Positions 8,391 to 17,200 of a DNA stretch of 20,000 bases are shown piece after piece. A program made the position numbers and the translations under genes. The stretch lies in IMG/VR virus record IMGVR_UViG_3300024259_000022; one strand, written 5' to 3'. Within the stretch, counting starts at the first letter, position 1, and each line of letters opens with the position of its first letter. Under the pieces are notes generated by a model. The model was not told the DNA's origin. It worked only from the letters and a program-made list of their open reading frames with translations, and searched no databases. This stretch comes from an uncultured virus (IMG/VR IMGVR_UViG_3300024259_000022). Taxonomy: Duplodnaviria; Heunggongvirae; Uroviricota; Caudoviricetes.

Positions 8391-9210
8391 TAGCTATTTC
8401 TCCTTCTGGATAATTTTGCTGTGCCTCTGAACAACTTTTAAATTCATCGATAGGTTCTCCATTCTCATAAACTCTTACACTTGTTCCCTCTTGTTTAATA
8501 ATAGGATCTTTTATTTTTACACCATGTTCTAAAGATCTTTTAACGGGAGGAACCATTTGGAGACCATCTGCTAAAATTCTCATTTTGCCAGCATTAATAT
8601 CTACTACCTGTTGCTCTTCATCAGCAAAAAGTTCTCTTCCCAACTTTGCCGCCTTTGCATAAATGTGAAATAACATAGCATCTGCATCTTTAACTGATGC
8701 CATAACCATCTTATCAACATTTTTACCTTTAAATCTCTCTGGTCGATTTTGCAATTGACTTGAAGAAGCTGGAATATTATCTTTAACTTTTGTTGGCTGT
8801 CCTTCGCCTTCTAATTGAACTCCAACATATTTATCCCAAAATGCGGTATCTTTCTCACCTTCAGCATTTTTAAATGCTTCAGTCTTCTTATTATCATAAT
8901 CTTGAGACTCAACATTAATATCCATCACCTGCTTCTTGTCTTTAGACTTAAAATCTACTTCTTTCTGATCCATTTCAGCTTCCGTAATAGAAGGTTCTGT
9001 TTCACTATTTTTCCTTGCGGCGCGAAGCTGGACATTGAAAGGAACTGTATTATCCTTGTTCTTAACAGGCAAACTAAGGTTGATATTCTTCTCAGCTACA
9101 CCTTGCTGATCTACAGAATGACCCATCTTCTCTCTATTTTCCTGTATAGCTTTATCGCTAATAACAGCACTCTTTGCACTAGCTTGTTTTCTTAAATTAA
9201 ATTTTTTCAT
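8383..9210 (-). CDS. Hypothetical protein (about 275 aa) with leader MKKFNLRKQAS
   Basis: The ORF track starts at 9234. ATG 9210 is preferred because GAGG lies upstream. Hydrophilic, no recognised domain. Confidence 0.8.
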   Translation of the reverse strand: MKKFNLRKQASAKSAVISDKAIQENREKMGHSVDQQGVAEKNINLSLPVKNKDNTVPFNVQLRAARKNSETEPSITEAEMDQKEVDFKSKDKKQVMDINVESQDYDNKKTEAFKNAEGEKDTAFWDKYVGVQLEGEGQPTKVKDNIPASSSQLQNRPERFKGKNVDKMVMASVKDADAMLFHIYAKAAKLGRELFADEEQQVVDINAGKMRILADGLQMVPPVKRSLEHGVKIKDPIIKQEGTSVRVYENGEPIDEFKSCSEAQQNYPEGEIANA

Positions 9211-9246
9211 TATTGAGTCCTCATAAATATTCATGGTTATTTTAAC

Positions 9247-9274
9247 ATTTCAAGAAATAACAGATAATTCCTTT
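9247..9274 (-). promoter_or_regulatory. Putative late promoter, motif AAAGGR-N18-RAAT (copy 3)
   Basis: Minus strand AAAGGA-ATTATCTGTTATTTCTTG-AAAT, immediately after the terminase stop. Confidence 0.6.
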
Positions 9275-9276
9275 AT

Positions 9277-11220
9277 TTATCTTCCTGAAGTTCTTCCTGT
9301 ATTTCCTCCTCCATGCAAATCTTTCCACAACGCAGACCTGTTCTCTAACGATCTTGCTACCTGACCTCCAGATCCTACTCCATATACGCCTCCCTGCATA
9401 TTTCTCCATACAACCTGATTACCTCCAGGATTTCCTAAATTAGCTAATTTAGCATGTGGTAACTTACTCATTTGCCTTTCTACCGCCATATAACATGCAC
9501 CTGCTATACAATCGACAACATCATCACTTTTTGCTCCATCTCCCTCTTGTTTAGGCATAACTTTAAATCCTGTTGGAGTAAATTTTCTTTGAAGCTCTAT
9601 CATTTCATTATACAAAAGGTTATCATAAGGAATATGCAGCCTTCCTGTATTAATAAGATTTTCTAATTCTTTGTAAATAGTGAATTTATAAGCAGGCAAG
9701 AATTTTGTCTCCTTGTTAGGTATTCCTGCTTTCCTCATTTTTAAAATACTTTCTTGAGAAGTAAATGCATCATAAGTTACTAGCCCTATATGAAATCTTC
9801 TTCTTAAACTAAGAACATATTCCATTACTGCATTAGGATTAATAGCTCCATTGATAGGTGGTGTCCAATATTTTATATGATCCACTACAATTCTAAAATT
9901 AGCTTTCTGAGTTTCATGATTTAAATAAAATTCTTTATGAACGACTGCTAATGCATAATTATGACTAGATGTAGCAGGGTCTAAATGAGCAAAATAAACA
10001 TTTCCAGGACAACCCATAGCTATATTTTTTAAATTATTTCCGACCATACACGATTTAACCTGATCTTCTGTGAAGAAACTCTCAAGACCAGTTCCGCTGA
10101 ACTCTGCTCCAAACTCCATATTAAATTCTGTTTCAGACATCGTATTATTATCAGCTCGTAATGACTCTCTTGTATGCTGAGGATTAACATGCCACGTTGC
10201 TAATCTCATTGAAAGTCTTGAAGGAACATTTTTAGCATTATTAAAAAGCTCATAGAACTTTCCTTCTTTAGCTCTTGGAGAAGAAATACTAATTACTTTA
10301 CCATCATATATTCTCTGTTGAACAACTTTTTGACCAAGATCATTTAATTGAAACTCTCCATTCTCATCTTTAAAATATGTCTTTCTTACATATGTTTGAA
10401 CTGTAGGAGTAAGAGCTGCATAAATACGATCACCAGATGAAGCCGAACCTGTTGTTTTATAAGACGCAACCTCATCAAGGATTAAAACAATACAACCCAT
10501 ACCAAGAAGTGTATCAGAGTTACTATGACCAACTATAATTCCTATAGATCCTTTTTTAGTAGGAAGACCTTTTTCTTTAAATGCTTTGTTATCTATTTTA
10601 TCTTGAGGAGTTAAAAGATAAATAGCTCCTCCTGTGATTCCGTCTTTTGCATATTTGTCTTTAAAATATTCACTATAAAACATTTTTTCTTTAATCTCGT
10701 TAAAAGCAATAACTGCCTGACCTTTAGCATTAGCAATTGTAAGGATGTTTATAGTGTTAGCAGAAGATAGTTCATACATAGCATAAGGGTCTCCTCCTTC
10801 ACATTCTAATAACTTCATTGCTTCATATAGAGCTATAATACTTACGATAAAGTCCTTACCGCTACGTCTTCCCCATACTAAAACTAATTCTTTAAATAAT
10901 TCTGCATTACTATATTTATCTAAAAAATTTCCCTTATCATCCTCATTAAGACCAGCTTCTTCTACTAATGCTATTTCTTGTTCTGTTAACTCTATATCTT
11001 CATTACCAATAGTTCCTCTGTAAAAAACTTTAAGCATAATTTTTTGCATAGAAAATAAATCAAGAGGGTTAGAAGGATGAAAAGGAATTCCTAGCCATTC
11101 TTGACTCTCTACGAATGTGATAATATCTGGTATTTCTCTTTTTACATCCTTATTTAAATCTTCTTGTATTTCAGAAATCAAATCCCCAATTGATTGTTTT
11201 TTTTCTTTTGTTTTTGCCAT
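9277..11220 (-). CDS. terL: Terminase large subunit
   Basis: Walker A LVLVWGRRSGKD, Walker B VLILDEVA, coupling motif ISISSP. RNase H-like nuclease acidic motifs AHLDPA, VTYD and SDDVVDCIAGA. SD GAGGAG. Confidence 0.93.
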   Translation of the reverse strand: MAKTKEKKQSIGDLISEIQEDLNKDVKREIPDIITFVESQEWLGIPFHPSNPLDLFSMQKIMLKVFYRGTIGNEDIELTEQEIALVEEAGLNEDDKGNFLDKYSNAELFKELVLVWGRRSGKDFIVSIIALYEAMKLLECEGGDPYAMYELSSANTINILTIANAKGQAVIAFNEIKEKMFYSEYFKDKYAKDGITGGAIYLLTPQDKIDNKAFKEKGLPTKKGSIGIIVGHSNSDTLLGMGCIVLILDEVASYKTTGSASSGDRIYAALTPTVQTYVRKTYFKDENGEFQLNDLGQKVVQQRIYDGKVISISSPRAKEGKFYELFNNAKNVPSRLSMRLATWHVNPQHTRESLRADNNTMSETEFNMEFGAEFSGTGLESFFTEDQVKSCMVGNNLKNIAMGCPGNVYFAHLDPATSSHNYALAVVHKEFYLNHETQKANFRIVVDHIKYWTPPINGAINPNAVMEYVLSLRRRFHIGLVTYDAFTSQESILKMRKAGIPNKETKFLPAYKFTIYKELENLINTGRLHIPYDNLLYNEMIELQRKFTPTGFKVMPKQEGDGAKSDDVVDCIAGACYMAVERQMSKLPHAKLANLGNPGGNQVVWRNMQGGVYGVGSGGQVARSLENRSALWKDLHGGGNTGRTSGR

Positions 11221-11234
11221 TTTTATCTCCTCTC

Positions 11235-11612
11235 TTAAGATACATCTGATATGTTCGTAGGAAGTATTGTGTATCCTACATCTTCAGATATTGCAGCAAA
11301 GGTAGATTTAACTTTTATCTTATTATCACTAAGAAAAGTATCTACCGATCCATATTGTTCAGTTATATATTTTTGTAAATCTCCTACAAAGGTTTTCATC
11401 TGAGTTGTGTAAGAAACATTTCTATTTGTTAAATTATTAGAAGTAGAAGTAATTTGAGCTTCTAATCTTTGCCTATGAATATCTTCTGCGATTATCTCCG
11501 AACTCTCAAGACTCGTTATCATATTATCTACAAAAGAAACAATATCAGAACCTCTTTCTTGAGCATCGTTAATAGTATCAGTAATCTCTTTATATTTACT
11601 TGAAATTTTCAT
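11235..11612 (-). CDS. Hypothetical helical protein (125 aa)
   Basis: ORF tightly packed between the TIGR03790-like gene and terL. No motif recognised. Confidence 0.8.
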   Translation of the reverse strand: MKISSKYKEITDTINDAQERGSDIVSFVDNMITSLESSEIIAEDIHRQRLEAQITSTSNNLTNRNVSYTTQMKTFVGDLQKYITEQYGSVDTFLSDNKIKVKSTFAAISEDVGYTILPTNISDVS

Positions 11613-11620
11613 GTTTTGTC

Positions 11621-13534
11621 TTAAGTATAAATTATGTTATTAAAAATTCTTGGAGTATAAGTAGCTCCTGTTGAAATATTATATTGTGTGATTCTAAAAT
11701 AATATGTTTCTCCTCTAGTAAGATATTCATCTAAACCTATCAAACTGTCAAACCTACTAGTATACCTAACTTTTCTACCTAAGTAACTAGACGATACTCC
11801 CGTAAATGTTAGTGGAACAAATGACTCTTTTTCTTTCTCATAAGTCCAACTAGATATTCCAAGACTATCTTTATCAACAAGAATGCTACTAAAAGATTCA
11901 TCTGCCGAAACTTCTAAAAGAAAATGATAATTTGTAAATTCATTAGTATTATCATCTTCTAGGGTGAACTCAAATTCCCACCATCCTTCAGGATATAAAT
12001 TTTCTTCATCTATAGGCTCTGTTCCTGAAACTATATCAGCAAGCAATCTACTAACTCTAAATTCTTGATCTGTTAAATAATCATTAATAGTAGGATTAAC
12101 AACAGAACTTGAATTAGATATATATCTTTCAGTTGGAAAATTAAATAATCTTTCTATAAGAGCCTTTATGCTTCCTTGCCATTCTTGACTTTTAAGAAAT
12201 AAATTATTAGCGGGATAAACTAAAAGAGCATAATCTAAATTATCATCAGTTGTAGTAACGTCCATAGATGGAGACTCTCCTAAAACTGTGGTATCATTTT
12301 CTAAAGTAGTTAAATCGACCACATCATGAGCAACTTCTTCTAACTCTAATTGTTTCTTATATAAATGAGATGCCGACCTCGCCAAATCTTTTGACATTAT
12401 TTCCCAAACCTCATGTTCTCCTATAACTTCCTCATCAACTATAACAACTCCTGGAAAAGAGACTAAAGCTAATGGATCTCCAAATAATGTGATAGTCCAA
12501 TCTAAATGAGGAACACTAAAATAAAATGCCTCTCCTATAGTTGCTCCTCTTAATAATGAATAATAAAAAGAGTTAGGATCTAAAAATCCTGCTATAGTAG
12601 GATCAGACATTGAACCTGCTGTAGCGACATATCCTGCATCAAGTGCTAAATATGGCCATCTTTTACCTATATCGCTCCTGACCTCCAATGCCCCATCATA
12701 ATCAGCATTGTAAGCAAAAACCCTAAGAGAAGCAGTATTCTGAAAAAATGAAGTTGTTGCTCTATCAGCAAACCAAGACCACATAAATGAATCACCCTCT
12801 ACAAATGGAATAGTCGCATCGATATACGGATCTTGAAAAGTTGTAGTCCATTGAGGTAAGTTTAAAGTCGGAAGCATATTATCTTTAAAATCTAATAGAA
12901 GATCAGTATATTCTCCTGCTCCTGTCGTTGCTCTGTCAGAATATGGATCAAGATAAAATGTTCCGTTAGCAAATTTTTGCTTATTTAAATCATCACCATT
13001 ATCCACAATACTTTTAGCAAATTGAACATTAGGACCATCTATTCTAGATACAATTAAAAGTTTTTCTGCATCAGTGGCATCAAACCTACTAAAGACTTGC
13101 CTACCAAATAATGGATTAGGAGTTTTTGATGAAAAAACATGTTCTACTCTTGAGATTCGCGAAGTAGCAGATATTATATCCTCATTACTAGGGTTACTAT
13201 CATAATATCCACCTGGAACTTTATACCCTAAAATTATTCCCCAAATATTTCTATTCTCTAATTCAGGAGCTTCTAATGCTGCCTGTATGGGTTCTAATAA
13301 ATTAGTATTAAATTGAGTTTCAGTTAAGACTTCTGAAGTGATAGTCGATTGTATTCCTACTTTCTGACCATCTATCTGCCAATACACACCATTTGCTGTT
13401 GTCCCACTACTAGCAGAAGGGTCTACATTAACAGTGCTCATACCGTATGTATCTATATAATAGTTAGCAAAATCTTCACTATCTAAATTTCCGAATATAT
13501 AAACAACTATAAAATTATCTTTAGTTAAAGCCAA
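11621..13534 (-). CDS. TIGR03790-family-like protein with a C-terminal Fn3/Ig-like domain
   Basis: TTG start with AAGGTG SD. Motifs NFIVVY....DSEDFANYY, GIILGYKVP, NPLF, IVSRIDGP, GYVATAGSMSDP and GATIGEAFYFSVPHLDW...FGDPL follow the TIGR03790 pattern. The C-terminus LEVSADESFS...LTRGETYYFRI resembles Fn3. Confidence 0.75.
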   Translation of the reverse strand: MALTKDNFIVVYIFGNLDSEDFANYYIDTYGMSTVNVDPSASSGTTANGVYWQIDGQKVGIQSTITSEVLTETQFNTNLLEPIQAALEAPELENRNIWGIILGYKVPGGYYDSNPSNEDIISATSRISRVEHVFSSKTPNPLFGRQVFSRFDATDAEKLLIVSRIDGPNVQFAKSIVDNGDDLNKQKFANGTFYLDPYSDRATTGAGEYTDLLLDFKDNMLPTLNLPQWTTTFQDPYIDATIPFVEGDSFMWSWFADRATTSFFQNTASLRVFAYNADYDGALEVRSDIGKRWPYLALDAGYVATAGSMSDPTIAGFLDPNSFYYSLLRGATIGEAFYFSVPHLDWTITLFGDPLALVSFPGVVIVDEEVIGEHEVWEIMSKDLARSASHLYKKQLELEEVAHDVVDLTTLENDTTVLGESPSMDVTTTDDNLDYALLVYPANNLFLKSQEWQGSIKALIERLFNFPTERYISNSSSVVNPTINDYLTDQEFRVSRLLADIVSGTEPIDEENLYPEGWWEFEFTLEDDNTNEFTNYHFLLEVSADESFSSILVDKDSLGISSWTYEKEKESFVPLTFTGVSSSYLGRKVRYTSRFDSLIGLDEYLTRGETYYFRITQYNISTGATYTPRIFNNIIYT

Positions 13535-13570
13535 TTCTCACACCTTTATTTAAATGGGCACACTTATATT

Positions 13571-13598
13571 ATTCGGCTTTTAACGGGTTTTTTCCTTT
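13571..13598 (-). promoter_or_regulatory. Putative late promoter, motif AAAGGR-N18-RAAT (copy 4; best sigma-H-like match)
   Basis: Minus strand AAAGGAAAA-AACCCGTTAAAA-GCCGAATAA fits the sigma-H consensus RnAGGAwWW-N11/12-RnnGAATww. It sits directly after a terminator. Confidence 0.65.
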
Positions 13599-13603
13599 AT
13601 AAT

Positions 13604-13636
13604 AAAAAAAAGCCCAAAGCAATTACGCCTTGGGCT
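13604..13636 (-). terminator. Rho-independent terminator ending the nucleotide-metabolism block
   Basis: Minus strand AGCCCAAGGCG-TAAT-TGCTTTGGGCT followed by a T7 tract, downstream of the dUTPase stop. Confidence 0.88.
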
Positions 13637-13663
13637 AGGGAGAGATTACGAACAATCGTAATT

Positions 13664-14107
13664 TTATTCTGTTGCATTACCAGCTATTCCACCAGTTGCT
13701 CCTCGGTCAGACTCTTCCTGATGGATATTATCCACCTCTTCGACTGGAGGACATATAACTGGGACAATAACTATTTGTGCTAAACCTTGGTGCTTCTCAA
13801 TTTTCAAAGGATTGCTAGAGATGTTTGTAACTTTAACAAGAATTTCTCCCTGATAACCACAATCAATAACTCCTGCTCCAACCAAAAAGTCTGACCTACT
13901 CTTAGGCCAAACTAAAGCAACAGTGCTGTCTGGAAAGTCTGCTATTACTCCTGTTCTCACAACTTCAATTTGATGAGATGGAATAATAACCTCTTCCAAA
14001 GCATAAACATCCATACCTGCATCAGTGATATGCTTTCTTGTAGGGATCTTTGCTTCTTCTTCAAGCTTTTTTACCTTTAGTGCCTTCGTCTTGCATGTAC
14101 ATGCCAT
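13664..14107 (-). CDS. dut: Trimeric dUTPase
   Basis: Motif 1 DAGMDV, motif 2 PKSRS, motif 3 GVIDCGYQGEI, motif 4 LAQIV, motif 5 RGATGG. SD AGGAG. Confidence 0.92.
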   Translation of the reverse strand: MACTCKTKALKVKKLEEEAKIPTRKHITDAGMDVYALEEVIIPSHQIEVVRTGVIADFPDSTVALVWPKSRSDFLVGAGVIDCGYQGEILVKVTNISSNPLKIEKHQGLAQIVIVPVICPPVEEVDNIHQEESDRGATGGIAGNATE

Positions 14108-14116
14108 ATCTAACTC

Positions 14117-14266
14117 CTATTCTTCTTTTTCTTTCTTCATTTGTTCTAATTCTTTTACAGGATCAATTCCCACTTTTTCAAGTAACGTCTTTTTTGATAT
14201 TACACATTTATCATACAACTGCATATATGTTTGTATCTCATTAATTTCTTCCATTGACATTGACAT
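14117..14266 (-). CDS. Unannotated 49-aa protein MSMSMEEINEIQTYMQLYDKCVISKKTLLEKVGIDPVKELEQMKKEKEE
   Basis: Below the ORF-track cutoff and translated by hand. ATG 14266 has SD AGGAG; TAG is at 14117. It fills the nrdJ-dut gap. Confidence 0.8.
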   Translation of the reverse strand: MSMSMEEINEIQTYMQLYDKCVISKKTLLEKVGIDPVKELEQMKKEKEE

Positions 14267-14299
14267 TTTCTAACTCCTATTTTAAATTTAATTTTTATT

Positions 14300-17200
14300 T
14301 TATCCGCACTTTGAGAAACCACAAGTACAGCTTATACATCCTTCTGCTCTTCTTAGCTCTCCCTTACACTCAGGACAACTTTCTCCATGCACCATGCTAC
14401 CCTCTTTAATATATTTTTTCAAAACTCTTGAAATAGCCTTGCTAAACGACATTAAATCCCCTTTTGTTTTTTCTAACTGATGAACAATAAAGTTAACATC
14501 ACAACCATGTCTTAAATTACTAGAGATTAGACGAGTAACAGCCTCTTGTTCTTCATCTATAAATTGTGAAATGCTTCCTATAATATTTTGATTATCTTCG
14601 ATGTCTATCAAGGAATATTTTCCTCTTTTTTCTTTTTCAACAACGGCTTCTTTAAAACTCTTTGGAATAACTATATCTCCATTAGAATTAACATTTACTC
14701 CTGCAAATATTTCATATGGATCTTTATTTAAAGTTCCTACAATAATAAAAAATGGTATTTTTTTAACTGAGACATGAAATATATCGCACATTAGTCGTTT
14801 AGGTCGTTTAGGAGCATCTGTTTTTACTATATAGTTATTTTTTTCTTCTAATTCTTTTTTACCAACCAAAACGCCCGTCCTACACCCATCTCTATAAATG
14901 GTAAATCCTTTGCATTCTTTTTTCCAGGCTCTTTTATAAACTTTTTCTACCAACTCTTTGGTCGCATCTTTGGGAAGATTGCAAGTTTTGCTTATAGAAT
15001 GACATATCCATTTTTGAGCTGCCGCCTGAATATCTACACTAGCTATCCAATCAACATCCTTCGAAGTAGCTTTAAAATAAGGAGAGGCTTCTACTCCAAC
15101 CTTGCCTGTTATCTCCATCCATTCTTTAAATCCCTTATGATAAACATCAAACTCTTGCCAAGAGTCTCCTGATTCATCTATAAAATCAACTTTAACCCCC
15201 TCATCGTTTGAATTAATTTTCTTTCTTCTTTTATACTCAACCATAAAGACTGGTTCAATACCAGAAGAGACTTGAGCTAAAACAGAAATTGATCCAGCAG
15301 GAGGAGTAGTAGTTAATGCTATATTCCTTCTACCATATTTTTTATATAACTTATAAAGCTCTGGATCTGCCTTCCAAATTCTACTTAAGAAGAGATTATC
15401 CTTTTCTATTTCGTGAGAAAAAATTGGAAAAGAGCCTCTTTCTTTCGCTAAAATACAAGTACTATGATACGCATTTAAGCATAAACTCTTATAAATCCTT
15501 TCCGTGGTTCTAATAGATGTCTCAGAGCCGTACCTTTGATTAAGAGCTGCTATTGTGTCTCCTAGACCTGTTATGCCCAGCCCAGTTCTACGGCCTTTCT
15601 TGCATGTTTCTAATATCTTTATCCAAGTTTGTTTTTCGATCTCCTTTATATAATCAGGTTCGGGATCGGATTCTATTTTATTAAGAATCCTTTCAATCAA
15701 CTCTATTTCTAGATCTACCATATCATCCATCATCCTCTGAGCCTTCTGAACTACTTCTGAGAATTTTGTATAATTAAATCTTGCATTAGATTCAAATTTA
15801 TTTTCCACAAAAGAAAGAACATTAATAGCTAAAAGCCTACAGGAATCTGCTCCCATTACAATTTCTCCACAGGGATTACAAGCTGTATCATAAAATGTTT
15901 TATCTATTGTCCCGTAGTTATTAGAAACACTATATTTTAAAACTGTGTCCCAGAATAAAATACCTGGCTCAGCACTCTCCCAACTAGAGTCAATAAAACT
16001 ATCCCATATTTTTTTAGCTGAGGTTATATGAGAGATGGAAGGATCGTCACTATCTACAGGCCATCTTTGCTCATAGTCCTTATTTTTCATCGCCGCAGAT
16101 AAAAAATCATCTGTAGCTTGGATAGAGATATTAGCGCCTGTTATTTTTGTTTTATCTCTTTTTGAATTGATAAACGTCTCAATTTCTGGATGATGGGCAT
16201 TAAGTAGCAATATCTCGGCTCCTCTTCGGCCTTTTTGCGCTACTTCTCTACATGTATTGCTAAATCTATTCATAAAAACTTCTATACCATCAGTAGTTTT
16301 TGCAGCGTTTTTAACTAATTGTCCTTTAGGTCTTAAGGTACTAAGATTCAGGCCGACACCACAATTGTGAATATTAATCATTCCAAAATTGCCTGCATAA
16401 AAATTATTATTACCTTCAACTTCTATATCTATATATTTTTTTGACTCAATATCTTTTTCTATTTTTTTAACAAATATTCTTTGTAAAATTTCATCGTGTT
16501 TTGCTTGAGAAATTAAATTAAAATTTAAAAACGAATTTAAAGCTCCAATTCCTACATTCTTATCTTTTTTTAATAATCCAATAATAGATGATAAATTATT
16601 TCTAGCCCCTCTTTCGATAACTGTTAGTTTAGTATCTGAATACCTATTGGTTGGATATAAAATTTCTTCGTATTTTTTTATAATATTTTGTTTTTCATCA
16701 GTAGATAAAAATTTCTTATGAGAAAATTCTCTACAAATAGCGTTTCTTATTTTTTCTTTTTTTACATTATGAGTCATATATTTAGCAAAGATATCTATCA
16801 CTTTTCTATTGCTATGAATTTGAATTCTATAAATAGATTTCTCATTTTTTCTTTTAGGGTATCTAACTGATGAGTGATAAGATATTCCACACGCAGATAA
16901 AAATGATGATATTTCATCAATTAAAGACTGAGAACACACTGCTATATCTATTGTCCCGTAATCTCGAATATGACCATCAGCATCTATTAACCCAGATATA
17001 AATGGAATCCATAGATTATTTTCCTTAATAAACTCTGATACTTTTACTGTGTATACTTTTTGACCAACCATGCCATCAAAATACTTATTAACAACTCCAT
17101 CAAGAGATTTTTTATTATTTGTGTATTCCCAGCATTTTGTTTTATAATCTTTTCTGGTTGAAATTTTATATTGAGCTTTTGACCCTGTTAGTAAATTAGA

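Noticed and set aside
11235..11612. 125-aa ORF as terminase small subunit
   Set aside because: Only its position supports this. No HTH or TerS-like motif is visible.
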